From Octopus vulgaris (Eukaryota): DNA of 64,000 nucleotides. The notes under the pieces were generated by a model, which saw only the letters and a program-made list of their open reading frames with translations, searched no databases and was not told the DNA's origin. A program made the translations under genes and the position numbers. Location: contig OX597830.1 of the NCBI GenBank assembly GCA_951406725.2, forward strand, positions 46,190,001-46,254,000. Direction: 5' to 3'. Numbering within the stretch: position 1 is the stretch's first letter; each line of letters begins with the position of its first letter. This document shows, piece after piece, positions 47,980 to 62,095 of the stretch.

Positions 47980-49533
47980 TTAAAGAAGATATATAATTTC
48001 CAACTTAAAAGCCTGAATATTAGCAAAAACTGTTGCAGCCTTAAATCAAATATGAATTAAGTTGACAGCTACACAAATGAAAGTCTATGCAATAATTAAA
48101 ACATTGAAAATTTAAACCGTTTAGCATACAGACAATTCTGTCAAATGTAAGGCTTGTTTATTTCCATTGTTTTGAGTTAATCATATATTATCTTGTAGCT
48201 TCAATATTCCAGTGATGTGTTTATTTTTAGGATGGCATTGTAGGCTAGGTGTGAGTGGTCAGATCTGGCTAGTTGAAATGTAAAACAGAGAGAACATTTG
48301 GGCCTGATATGGTTGTTTAGAATACTGAAGGGGCTAAAGTAGAAGAGACAATTGATGGGATTTTCTAATAACGAAGTGAATTATTTAGTTTGTTTGCTCA
48401 TAATTTGGTTGGTTCTGAAAAGATGCATTAAAAAGAGTAAAACAGACACAGAACTGTCTTGAATGAATTGCTTTGATAACTTTGATACTGGTTTCTAATA
48501 TAATTATGAAATCATTTAATTTAGAAGAAGCGGGGGTGTAGTCGATTGCAGAAATCCCCAGTATATGGCAGGTACTTATTTTATCAGTCAGGGAAGAAGG
48601 ATAAAAAGTACAATTTACTTTGGTTGTATTTGAATTTAGAAAGTAAAAGGTTGTAACTAAACATTGCTTTCAAATTTTGGCACAAGGCCAGCAATTTGGG
48701 GTGGGGGTGGGGGGTAGAGACAATTACATCTTCCCCAGTATTCAGCTGGTACTTATTTTATCAGTCTCAAAAGGATGAAAGGCAAAGTCGACCACAGCAA
48801 AACTCAGAACGTGAAGGTAGACAAAATGCTACCAAGCAATTTTCCCAGCATACCATTATTGCAAGATATTGTAACTCTTGGCTCCATTCGACAGATCCAC
48901 TGATTTGATAAAAACAATATCAAAAAACATCAATATTATTTTCGCTTTTGCATGCAAAATAATATAATTTACAATTCTTTAATACTTTACTCATGTCTAA
49001 ACTCTGTGATTAGTGTCCCAGTTTACTTTGGAAATCTGTTGGTTTGCTGCCAGCGGTGAAACCTCTAAATATTTGATTTCCCCTTAAGTTATGCTCATTG
49101 TTATCTGAAGCCCCTGCAGACAAGAAACGATTTAACTGAGACATTTGTATAAGAATAAACTCTACCAAAACATCAAGAGTCAAGTGATGGTTTTGCAGCA
49201 AATGTGCTTTATAATTTATCTGAAAAGAAAAAGGGGGTAATTTTTAAATGGGGTCCAGAATGTGGGTGTATACATGTTGTAGACACATTAGCAGACCTCT
49301 ACTATGGGACAAACTTATGCTTTGCAAAGCAAACTGTTGTTCAAGATAGAAAATTCTCTGTTTCTTAAAGGAAACCTAATCTTTGAAGAGCAAGTTTGGC
49401 CAAATGATGTTTGATTATCATAAAAGGTTATCAAGGGCCCTGATTGTTTTAGCTCTATGCTATTCATAAGAGAGACTATAAGGAAGTAGCTATATTGTTA
49501 CATGTTTTTTTTTAATAAATTCTAAAGTTCTTA

Positions 49534-49865
49534 GGCGCAGGAGTGGCTGTGTGGTAAGTAGTTTGCTTACCAACCACGTGGTTCCGGGTTCAGTCCCACT
49601 GCATGGCACCTTGGGCAAGTGTCTTCTACTATAGCCTCAGGCCAACCAAAGCCTTGTGAGTGGATTTGGTAAACGGAAACTGAAAGAAGCTCGTTGTATA
49701 TATGTGTATGTGTTTGTGTGGCTGTGTTTGTCCCCTAACATCACTTGACAACCGATGCAGGTGTGTTTACGACCCCTGTAACTTAGCGGTTCAGCAAAAG
49801 AGACCGATAGAATAAGTACTAGGCTTACAAAGAATAAGTCCTGGGGTCGATTTGTTCAATTAAAA
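49534..49865 (+). mobile_element. SINE family B
   Basis: Matches other copies; 3' tail truncated. Confidence 0.88.
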
Positions 49866-50776
49866 GTGAATGAGAAAGAGAGAGTTCATTTGGACAAACA
49901 TAAGTTAGTCAAGAATAAACTTGCTTAATACTTAATACACACACACACACAAAATGGGCGTCTGCCTAACAATTCAATCACGAAACAAAAGCTGTAACAG
50001 GAGAAACATCCAAAATTTCATGCAGTGGAACTGGAACCTGAAACCATGAAATTGCAGAGTGAACTTGTTAAAGACAGCTAGAACATGTCTAGGATCTGAG
50101 AGCATGGACGATTCCATAAAACATCAAGAGTAGAGAGACAGCAGGAGATTCGAGAACTGATTTCTAGGGATGACTTTTGGTGATTTATTAATTAAGGAAG
50201 AATAAGTTCCACAGCTTGTGGTCACCATTTCCGTCACAATACTGGGGGGGGAGTGGGTATTAATGGAACTGTTAGAATAGGGGATTGCATGCAATGTTCA
50301 GTTATGTGTGTGTGCATGAGAGAAAGAAAGAGTATGAGTGATAACAAGTTGTGGAGTGAATTGATGGTGTATCTAACAAAGAGCAGAATCTTAAAAGCAA
50401 CAACACAAGAAACAAGAAATCAGAAGAGATTAAAGACCATTTGATAAGAAAAAGCGAATCAAACTTTCTTTCGAGTCTAATCTAGGATATCTGTGATGGA
50501 ATTACATAAGTTATCCTAGATATGGGAACAATTCTTAAGTGTGCAGTCACACTTGAGCTTTGTAAAACAATGTTAATCATGCAAAGAAGTGGGAAAGGTC
50601 AGTACTTCACTTCCAGTTCCCTTCCTCGGTCAATTTGATACGCATTCACAACAGCTCCATACACTGAGTCATGTGAAGTTAAAGGTCCAGATCAAATGCA
50701 AAATAAATAGATTTTAGAATGGTTAAAATATGTTTCTACTAGTTCAGTTGGACTTCAGACTTCTATTGTAAATGCC

Positions 50777-52160
50777 CTATAAATTTGGCACTATGCAGTG
50801 TCGTCCCGTTCTAGCATTGGTGTAGCTTTCAATGCCAAAATTTGGCACAATTCCTTCCAGGATCTTCCAGATATATATTACTGCATACCTCTCCCGTCTT
50901 CTCTCCAGAGAGTAGAGTCTTAGCTGTTTCAACCTTTCCCAGTAGCTGAGCTGTTGCAAAGAGATGATCTTCTTTGTGAATCCTCTGGATTGCTTCAAGG
51001 TTCGCTGTTAATTTTACACTGGTGGGTGACCATAGCTGTGAGCAGTAATCCAGGTGGCTGAGGACTAATGTCCGCCAGAGGACCATCATGGTTTCCTTAT
51101 CTCTGGTTCTGAATGTTCTTAGGATCCATCCAGCCAGTCATCTGCACTTTGTCGCCGTCCTGGTAAGGTGCACTTGAAAAGAGGCATCATCACTCATTTC
51201 AATACCCAGGTCCCTCACTGACTTAGGTTTTGGGATTGAAATTCCCTGTGGACCAGTGTACTCTCTAAGTTTCATATTCAGTTTTGGATGCTGGTAGCAC
51301 AAGGCTTGGAATTTTTCAGCATTAAACTGCATATTATCCTCAGCCCATCTGTAAATTGAGTCCAACTCCTGCTGCAGGTGTGCAACATCACTGGGGTTCT
51401 ATATTTTCTGCGAGACTTTCATATCATCTGCATAGTTTGCAAGGGTGGCTATCCGAGCATATCTGAGAGGGCCACTATAAAAAGCAGTGGTCCCAAGACA
51501 GTGCCCTGTGGAACACTGCTCACTATTTGTGTGTTCATAGAGGTGGCTCCACGACTGCCTGACTCCTATCTTTGAGGAAGTCATGTAACCACTCTCCAAG
51601 TTTTCCAGCTATGCCAAGGTCATGCAGTTTGTGGCATATCATACCATGTTCCGCTTTATCAAAAGTTTTTGCAAAATCAAGGTATATTACATCCACATTT
51701 GATTTGTTGAGTAACTGCCTCAACACCCAGTCATAATGCTGTAAGAGCTGGGTCAGGCAGCTCCTACCTGGTCGAAAACCATGCTGGGTATTACTCAGCA
51801 AGTTATTTTCCTCCAGGAATGCAATTAGTTTCTTTCTGACTATCCTTTCCATGACTTTGCTGATGTGTGAAGTCAGAGAGATAGGCCTATAGTTTTTGGC
51901 ATCTGCTCTACTTCCCCCTTTATGTATTGGGCATATTATTCCCTCCTTCAGCTTGGTTGGCAGTTTGCCATTTGTAAGCAAGCTCTGGAAGAGAATCTTG
52001 AGGGATTTTGCCAGGGCATGCTTACACGCTTTGAGGAGGATTGCTGGGAAACCATCAGGATCAGCAGTTGAGTTTGAGTCCACTTCATCTATGGCTAGTA
52101 GTATATCTTCTTCGCTAATGTCAATGTATTCCATTTTGTTCACTTGTCTGTGTTCCAACG
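50777..52160 (-). mobile_element. CR1-clade LINE RT fragment, degenerate
   Basis: NYRPISLTSHISKVMERIV...QHGFRPGRSCLTQLL...VDVIYLDFAKTFDK...YADD...DYCSQLWSP; same family as 29220-30345. Confidence 0.92.
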
Positions 52161-52639
52161 ATGTATACATATTGTTTGTATTATTTGTATATATACATAC
52201 ATACAAAAAAAGCCTTGTGAGTGGATTTGGTAGACGGAAACTGAAAGTAGCCTGTCATATGTGTTTATGTATATACATACAAATATATATATACATATAT
52301 ATGTATGTATATAGATATATATATATATATCACGTAAAAAGCACCAAGTGATCGTGGCCGTTGCCAGCCTTGCCTGGCACCTGTGCCAGAGGCACGTAAA
52401 AAGCACCCACTACACTCACGGAGTGGTTGGCGTTAGGAAGGGCATCCAGCTGTAGAAACACTGCCAGATCAGACTGGAGCCTGGTGCAGCCTTCTGGCTT
52501 CCCAAACCCCGGTTAAACCGTCCAACCCATGCTAGCATGGAAAACGGACGTTAAACGATGATGATAAATATATATATATACATATATATAAAAATATATA
52601 TATATAATATATACATAATATATATATAATATATACATA

Positions 52640-52670
<31 letters not shown>

Positions 52671-52690
52671 GACATACAAATATATATATA

Positions 52691-52861
52691 GGCGTAGGAG
52701 TGAATGTGTGGTAAGTAGTTTGCTTACCAACCACATGGTTCTGGGTTCAGTCCCACTCCGTGGCACCTTGGGTAAGTGTCTTCTACTATAGCCTTGGGCC
52801 GACCAAAGCCTTGTGAGTGGATTTGGTAGACAGAAACAGAAAGAAGCCCGTTGTATATATG

Positions 52862-52892
<31 letters not shown>

Positions 52893-53085
52893 TTGTCCCC
52901 CCCCCCAACATTGCTTGACAACCAATGCTGGTGTGTTTACGTCCCCGTAACTTAGCAGTTTGGCAAAAGAGACCGATAGAATAAGTACTAGGCTTACAAA
53001 GTTCTGGGGTTGATTTGTTTGACTAAAGGCGGTGCTCCAGCATGGCCGCAGTCAAATGACTGAAACAAATAAAAGAATAAAAAGA
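52691..53085 (+). mobile_element. SINE family B, full length
   Basis: Head, microsatellite and CR1-like tail all present. Confidence 0.9.
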
Positions 53086-56000
53086 ATATATATATATATG
53101 TATGTACACAAATCTTTAGGCTGGATTTGAATGAGAAGATGGCAATATAATTAACAGTAATGAAAGTCTAGCTGCATTTAAAATAAAGTTTTGCCAAGAA
53201 TAGGAAACCCAGAAACAATTAGAGACTCAACTGTACAAAAGATTGTCTAAAACATGAAAGATAGGTTTAATAACCCAGAAAAATGCTATTCATGAGAATT
53301 GTTATGGTAACACTAGCAATATTTAAGAAATGGGCAATGAATGATTTAATGAGATAAAAATGCTTATGTTTTAGTAATTATTCCACTGTTTATTAAACTA
53401 GGAAAATGGTAAATAGAAAAACTCATTTCTTTAATCTTTGGCTGTCTGAGAAGTTGGTTGTCTTCCAATTTTTCTTTTAACCCATTTAAACTGTAAATAA
53501 TACATTCATTAAAAGCAGAGAAATATACATTAAACTTTGTATAAAAACAGAAGCAGCTGACCAAGACAACCAGCTTATCAGAAGAAAGATGAGAAGCTTA
53601 TTTCTTAACATTGGTGCTACGAATGCAGAAGAAATTGTACAAAGACTATGTTTCCATTAGAGCATTCCATTCAACTCCTCTCATAGCCACACTAGGAGAG
53701 AAATGGCTTTTACCAACTAAATTCTTTTCCAGGTTTGCAGGAAGCCATTTTGTCATGATTGCATGAGTCAGATAGAATTCATTGAGATAGATTTTCTACA
53801 GCTGGATGCTCTTGCTGTTGCCAACCCTCACCCGTTTCCCCCCCAAGTCCTGTGAACGTTAACAGTACAATGGCCAGACATGTTTGCACAGAAGATGGCA
53901 AACAATGACACTGCTTGCATGATGCTGGCATTTGGTGGCAACTATCACATAATCTCAGAACAAAAAGACACACCCACCGACACATGGGTTGGGTTTCTCC
54001 CAAATCCACAGGCCCAAGATGCTGCACAGTGGAGCTAAACTGAAAACCATTGGGTTGGGAAGAAAATGTCTTCACCACACAACCATGCTTTTGCCTTTTG
54101 AGTTTCCTTCTTCCAAACTTTATGAATTTATGCCAATTTATCATTTGACAATTAGGATGAACATCTTTCCTACGACTAATTAGCAGTATTGATATCCTTA
54201 TAATTACTAATTATACCACCACTGTTACACACACACACAAAAAGGTTTTTTTTTTTTCTTTTTAGTTTTTGTGGTGGAAATGGTGCAAATTGTATAACTT
54301 CAAGTGTGATGTGTTGATGTTCATGCTATTACTGTAACCATGCCTGTCAGTGATGCACAAACTTTCTCAGAACGGCATCCATAAAATACCTCAACAAAAC
54401 TTCAAGGAATGCAAAATATGTCATACTGTGAGACATTAAACTTGTCACAGACCACCAAAATCTCGGTGTGGCAACGAGACCATCTTGACCCTACTGAACA
54501 TCACTAATGTAGAATATATAGAGCTGGGATGTTGTTCTGGACTATTCTGGTTATGGATACTTAATATAGTGCAATGTATTCTTCAAATATAGAATTATGG
54601 TGTAGAATGAATTACTACAGCAACAGAGCATTGGTCAAGATTGTATTATCAAAGTGAGGGAAAAGTTAATCAAGGCTGAATTATTGTAGCAAGGGAAAAG
54701 TTGAGACCGCATTATTATTGTAGCAAGTGAATCTAGATTGTGTTGCTGCTGTGTTGGTTAACTTACGTGTAAAAGGTTTTTCATTGTTGATTTGACTTTT
54801 TTCTGGAATCAAAAAAATTAATAATATTCAATAATCCTCTACAATAAGTGATAAAAAAGAGAAGTTTGTGTGGTCATCCTTGATTCGTGAGGAAGGCGAA
54901 AGCCGTGTTTCAACCAATGTAAAATAAAGATTCGAATCATTCCACATTGGATGTAAAATAAAGGAAACAAATGTTTTCAGTGGGTGCAAATGGCTTTGCT
55001 ATAAATATCTATTTTACTTTTATTAGTAATATTAAGGTTACTTTTTTTTTTCTTTTCTATCATTTGGTAATGAAACAAATATAAATTTTTATTTCTTTTA
55101 ATACTAACCAAGCTAAAACCAGTTCTATTTCTATGATAGAAAACTGTCTATTTTAAAGAAGTCGTATTTAGATTTAAACTTTACACCAATTTCATTTATT
55201 GGACATAGATTTGATTGACTCATACAGAAATCTGCAGAGTGTGTGTTCCATGTCTCAGTGCTTGGAGTTCAAATCCAGCCTCAGACAACTTTGTCTTTCA
55301 TCCTTTCAGGGTTGTTAATTAAAGAACCAATTCAGAGTGCTGGGTTATCAAGAGGATGCCTTGCAGTAGTTGTTTTTGATCTATGCATTCTGAGTTCAAA
55401 TCCTATATTCTGTCAACAGAAAAAGGGATCCTTTGGGACCCAGTTAAAATGGTTCTCAGGCTTGGGTATTACAGCAAGTGTCCAAGCATCAAAGCTTCAC
55501 TCTCAACACCAGCATACCAACTTCAGGATAGAATTCAAAGAGATTTCAAGAACCATGCATGAAAAAAACAACAAATGATTTGTGTTCCAAACACCAGCTT
55601 CAAAATGAAGGAATTATTTCCAAATTCTTAATAAGTTTCCAAATTAATTGAAGCACACATGCAGAGTATGTCATTAGAAATATGGTCACAAACATTTCAT
55701 TCCATTTAATTATTCTCCTAATCTGGTTTTCAAACCGGAATACATGTTAAGGCCTATCTTTATTTAAACCCAATTATTAAAATTTTCTGGCAGTTTTACA
55801 GGTTCAGTTCTTCTAATTACTCATCTGTATCCTCCTCCTCCTCTTCCCAAGTAATACCTTAATTTTTGGTAACTAAAGGTTCTTAGCTTTGATCAATGGA
55901 AATGCCTGAATGCAACACATTTCCACCTTAATTTGTATCTAGAGCCACATTATATAGTGTTTGCTTCCTTCAAAACAGTTGGGAGAGAAAGATTTGGTTG

Positions 56001-56630
56001 CTATTACTAGCAGGTCAAGTAACAACATTAAAGCTTTCACATTGTTTCCAGAGATTGGTAAATTTATGATAGTAGCGCTTTAAGAAGCAGACACCAAACT
56101 TTTCAGGATGCTTAGCTTAAGAGTTCAGGATTGGAACCTTGGTTTAACAACAAGGGCAAGATGAGTTTCTGTGGCTTCCAACAATGAGCATTTCATTGTT
56201 CGATCAACCAAGCTTCTGTGAATTAGCATGGCAGTGGCTGAGTATTCTACAGACAGATGTACTTTTAACACAACTGTCAAGTAGCATCGTCATGACAGGT
56301 TTCCATCTACCTAATTTCACTCAACTATTGAAATATAAATATTCAAAGCATAGTTTAAAGAGGAAAATATGGACAACTAAATTAATAGAATACTGGAAAA
56401 CCTTATAAAAAGTTATTTATATTTTGGTAAGCAAAAACATTGTTGGATCCAAGTTTCCAGTCATTGGATCCGTGGATTGCAGCTGATAACAATGCCAAGG
56501 GTTTCTTTAATTCATTAAACAAGTGACATTTTGAATTTATTGATTTAAAAACACTTAGTCTTATTTTCTCAAGATGTTTACCTTTTTCATTGAGATATAT
56601 ATCAGCAAAAGACACACACATATGTTTATG

Positions 56631-56674
<44 letters not shown>

Positions 56675-57637
56675 GAGAGAGAGAGAGAAAGAGAGACAGA
56701 GCAATTTGGGTAAATCCTTAGAAATTCAAATAAAATACTTCTGGTATTTGTTCTGAATTTCAACACTGAGTTCAAATCCTACTAGTATCAGATCTTGCCT
56801 TGTATCCTTTTGTCATCAAATTACCATTCCAAGGACTGGCAGATCTGTCCAGATGCCTTAGCTGTTCCAGTTCCTTGCATTCTGATGGAAATGCCTGAAT
56901 GCAACACAAGCGGCCAAGCTGCATTGGCCTTGCATCCTCTTCTACAACATCACTAGCAGAGGGAGAGGGGAGAACTGCATTGTCGACAGTTACCGTCTTT
57001 CTGAGAAATGTTGTTCCGATCTGTGCTTTGGAAAGGAACTTTCATGCTACAGATATTCAAGCTGTCTTTAACAGATGATAAAGGTCACTGAAACATGCAT
57101 ACATCACTGCATCAACCAGACTGTTGGATGTTGTTATACACTGCTGATCACAATGCACTTTGTGCATCTATAGCAGGAAACAAGAAATGGTCACACAACT
57201 GCACTCAACTTTGAAACACATGATTGCAAAGCAAATATTTTTAACCATTCCACAATGCTTCTACTTGTGGTTGACAAGTCCTTCCATAGCACTGAGTTGT
57301 GTCTATAATTAATGGATTTCATGCACACAGAGCACAATCCACTCAATCAGAAAGAGGAACTGAAGAGCGAGAAAAACTGATTGCTGAAAATAACAGCAGA
57401 ATGAAGTTGCATGTTCGATTAGCTTGTAAAATTGAGATTAACTTAGCTTTTGGGGAGGCCTGCCTTTTACCAAATTGTGTTAGCCACTGATACAAAAACA
57501 AGCCAATCTGTTCAATGATGCTACTACCATCCCAAAGACTATGAAGCTGACAAAAAAGATGCTGAAAGGAAACTTAAAATACACTTTCACAAAGCTTACA
57601 TCTTTTTTTTTTTTTTTCAAACTTGGTGAAGTACCCG

Positions 57638-57867
57638 TTTCTTTACTACCTACAATGGGCTAAACACAAAGAGGGCAAACAAGGACAGACAAACGGATTA
57701 AGTCGATTATATCGACCCCCAGTGTGTAACTGGTACTTATTTAATGGACCCCGAACAGATGAAAGGCATAGTTGACCTCGGCGGAATTTGAACTCAGAAC
57801 CTAACAGTGGACGAAATACCACTAAGCATTTCACCTGGCATGCTAACGATTGTGCCAGCTCACCACC
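57638..57867 (-). mobile_element. SINE family A
   Basis: Reverse complement of 10337-10558. Confidence 0.88.
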
Positions 57868-60186
57868 TTCAACTTGATGAAGTACCATCTTTGTATTATT
57901 ATTGGAGGGAAAAATAGCAAAAGGATGTTGTTGTAATGAATGGCAATGGATAGAATGACAGTGGATGTGTTTTACAATAAATAAATTGTGACACTTGATT
58001 GCTGAAGAACAGGTGAAGATTGTGGAAGAGATTTTAAGGTTTGTGTACCAAAAGTAGAATAGGGTTGCATCGGTTTTTAATGGTGGTTGCAATTGCAGAC
58101 AAAGATTTGGCAATGGTAATAGGGCTTAAAATTTTATTGGTTACACATTTGTTTTGGAGGGATTGGGGATCCTGTTTACTTTTTGCCTGAATAGAAAAGA
58201 AAATGTCCACATAGGAGTCTGATAAAAACTTGTGATAAGTTCATGTTGCATGCAAGCCTTCTTCAGTGAGGGAGGAATGAGACAAGCAGTGACATATGCC
58301 TAGTCTCAGATATAATAAAGAGGGGGGGGGGTGCTGCAATAGTAAGATTTAAATCATTATTATTTAGTCTTTAGTCCAATTGCTAATCTTGCAATTTTTG
58401 TCCTTCTGTTACAATTAAAAGAATCTGATTCAATTGACCTGCAATTGCTGGTAGCTTCTAGTCTTGACCAAGGTCCAACATGAAAGTACAAAAATGTCTA
58501 AAGTGTCCTTTTCACAAGGTAGTAGCACAGGATTAGAGAGAGATTTGGCTACTCTTTCTTGAAGGTTGAATAACTCCATGTAGTGTTAATTATTGTCCAG
58601 TTTATAGTGGACATTGTACACACTAGTGCTGGTCACAGTAGTGTTGATCACTGAACAATGTAGTACTGGTCACTGTACATAGTGTAATGCTGATAACTGT
58701 ACAGTTTACAATGAGCAATGGTCAGTGTAGTGATGGACACTGTCTCTTATACTGCTTACTGTACATAGTACAGTATTGACTGGTGAGTGTAATGTTGACC
58801 ATTGTACACAGTGTCATGTTGGTCACTGTACTTAGCATGGTATTAGTCTTTGTACTCTACTGCATGCAGTGACCAACATCACATTAGTGTTGACCAATGA
58901 AAGAAAAATTAGTCACTCATTCCATCTGCAGATTTGAGGTAGCACCAATCTCATACGACTCATGTCTGGATAAAGAACTGGGTCATTTTATACCTCCAAC
59001 TGTTGATGCTGCAAGGGTCTGCTACTCCAAAATTATCTTAAATTGATTTCAATCAGACTGAGGTATTTTATTGCCAGAATCATAAGGAAACGGACATGAA
59101 AAATCTTCTCCATATCAAACATGCAAGGATGTCCCCCAGATTTCCTTTGACCCCAAAGTCCTTTGGTGATTTTCTGGTGGCAACAGAGTAGAACTGTTAC
59201 ATTTGGGATCTCCTGGTCATGAAATGGCACCAGAGTAGGGAGCCATGTGATGCTCATCAGCCATTTGGTCAGAGACAAAAGTGTTTACAGCAGTTGCCAG
59301 AGTAAAGGGTCATTGTACGCAAGGATCTGTTCTACTGAACTTGCATTGGAAGAAGATTAATACAGGTAGCTGAATGATAACCTGGTTCAGCTTCCTCAAC
59401 TGGATCGCCACATCCGAAGGAGTCACATTTTCGTAGATGATAGAAACAGTATAAAATTGAATTTGGATCTTGGAACACTGGGACTCAATGATGAAGCAAA
59501 CAGCTTTCAACTGAAACGCTGGGCAGTGACCATCTGTAGGGAACTGACATGCTGCAATACTGACACGACGGCTCTTAATGAGAACAGATGAGCTGATGAA
59601 GAACAGCTGAAGAAGCATGGCAGTTGCTTCGCAATATGCAGTGGCCTGGTTGATAAGCGACATGAACTAATTACTAACATCGTTGCAACATTGATGACTC
59701 TCCACTTAAAGCCAGCTTACAAGACTAACATTCATCAGTGCATGTGTGTCGACACAGGATGCTAACATAAAAGAAAATGAGGAATTTTATGCTTAGAGTC
59801 TTTTACAGCATTCCAAAACAAAGCAGAATCAGTGCCAGAGTTGCAAAAAATAAATGTTGGAATGGTACAATTGGAAAGAATAACACGAAAGAAATTAATT
59901 CAAATAGTGTCCTGCTCACAAATAAATGCAGGAAAGACAACTTCTCCAACTGTTTTAACAAGCAAATTGATAGAAGGATTCCGAACAACTTGTACAATCA
60001 AAGCACTAAGATGTGATTGGGTCATCATGAGACTTGTGATCATGATATATACACCTAAAGTGTAATGAGAAGAACCGACAATTGCTGAACAAACCATCAC
60101 TACAATAAATTAACACAGCAATTCCACTCACTCCAAAATAATGACAACAAAAGAGTAACAACACCAGCAGAAAATTAACTCTGAAT

Positions 60187-61011
60187 TTCTGGGGCCAAAA
60201 TGCGATTTCACGCCTCTCCTTGAAAAATGCATTTTATAAAAAATTTTTTTCCGGTTTCCTACGTTTTAGATGTTGGAGATTTACAAATATGCAAAAAAAT
60301 GTTTTTTTCATTTCACCCCTTCCCACCTCTCCCCACCCCCAATTTAAATTTTTGATTTTGTTTACATTAAAGAGATTGTAGAGAATTGACGAACATATGC
60401 AAATTAAAATTAAATCCAGTCGAAAACATTAAAGTAAAAAGAATTTGCGTTTTACTTGTTTGCCTTAAATAATCATAAATAATAATTAAATGTAAATTAA
60501 ATATACACCATTTTATGAGAAACAAACATTGTTTTGTTTAAATGATTAATGTTATAAAGTTTAATAAGGGGCTCAAATATCACCCCCTCCTCCAATTTTA
60601 AACTTTTTCATCCATTTATTTGTCTGTCTGTCTATTTATCCCTGTCCATTTATTCATAAAATATATTTGTCAACTAAATGTGGCGGTCCTACGGAAGACG
60701 GTATTACTGCTGTTTTTTAGCCCCAGGAAGACATTCATATCTATCTATCACTTTATACACATATCTATATGCTTATTGAATTTAAAATTTTGAAAACGTT
60801 GTTTCTTGCATATGCGGAATCTCCATCTAAAACATAGGGAAAAAATATTACGGAAAAGTTCGAAATTTTAAATGGGAGTGGGGGAGGGTTAAAATTTCTT
60901 TTTATTTTTGCATACTCGTAATCTCCAACATTTAAAACCTAGGAATCCGAAAAAATATTTTCCAAAAAATGCATTTTTCAAGGAAAGGTGCAAAACTGCA
61001 TTAGCCCAGAA
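60187..61011. mobile_element. Non-autonomous DNA transposon with long (about 170 bp) imperfect TIRs
   Basis: 60187-60353 is the approximate reverse complement of 60864-61011; TTAA lies a few bases outside both ends. Confidence 0.75.
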
Positions 61012-62095
61012 TCTCTTAAAGACCCAACAAAAGCAGAGAAACCTGTGCTTTGCCATAAATGAGGAACTGTCATCCATCAGCTTAGAACATTGTTCTGAAA
61101 ACACAGGATGGACTTCGAAGACTGGAATGGATAAATGGTGTCAGGAGTCTTTAGAAACTGACTGTCAGGCATGACACCAAAAGTTCAACGCAGATTTAAA
61201 GATGATATAAAACTTGGAACAACTTACTGAAAACAACCATTCACTGCAACATTATACAAAAGTCAATGACTTAGCTACAGCAGTTGAGATTGGAGAAACT
61301 AGAAAAAATCAATCCATTCTCTAAAACACAAGACATCCAGGTCAGATAAAATTTTGGTTGAGAATGAAGAAGTTCTATCAAAACTAAATGTACTGTTTCT
61401 GCTAATTTGGATGTGAGAAGAGACAGAAGCTGAACTCAGAGATGCAATGCAAATGTTATTACTATGTTCAAACAGGATGACGAATCTAATTGTGGCAACC
61501 ACAGAGGAATCTTGCTTTCATTAACTATTGGGAAAATTCTGTTAAGCAAGTTGCTCAACTGATTTGTCCTACTGTAGATGGTTACCTGACTCTCAATCTG
61601 GTTTTTAACATTCCAGAAACTCCAATATTATGATCTTCTTTATTCACCCACGGCTACAGGAGAAATGCTATGGGCAACAGACACAGATGTAAATAGCTTC
61701 CTTTGACCTCATCAAAGCATTTGAATAACCATTGAGCACTGTAGAAAGTGCTGGCCAAACATGGCTGCCCAAAGTCACAAAATCATATGGCAGCAACAAG
61801 ACCCCGTTAAAAACAAAGCATGACACCAGTCTTCCATGACATTTTGAAGTGAGACTGGGAGTAATGCAGGGATGTGTAACTGCCTCCGTGCTATTTTCAT
61901 TCCCCTATCAATTATATTTAAACTTGCCACGGACAAACTCATACCTGGCATTCAGATCTCACATCATGTAGATGGCAAAATAGTTAACCCTGGAAGATTC
62001 TGTGCCAGAAGAACAGAACTAAATTGGTAACTAAACTTCATTATGCAGATAATGCCACAGCTAGTATAACTTTAGCAGAAGAACCACAGAAATTA

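Larger units (their letters stand above)
36608..58186 (-). other. Possible spliced minus-strand transcript (lncRNA or unrecognised gene 3' part)
   Basis: Unique-sequence islands with AG/GT boundaries at 56825-57020, 48991-49219, 47529-47637, 39351-39634, 38973-39090 and 36608-36665, plus an acceptor at 58186. No continuous ORF or recognisable protein. Confidence 0.25.

Noticed and set aside
59310-59663. Minus-strand coding exon
   Set aside because: Better explained as the antisense of the decayed plus-strand RTE endonuclease.
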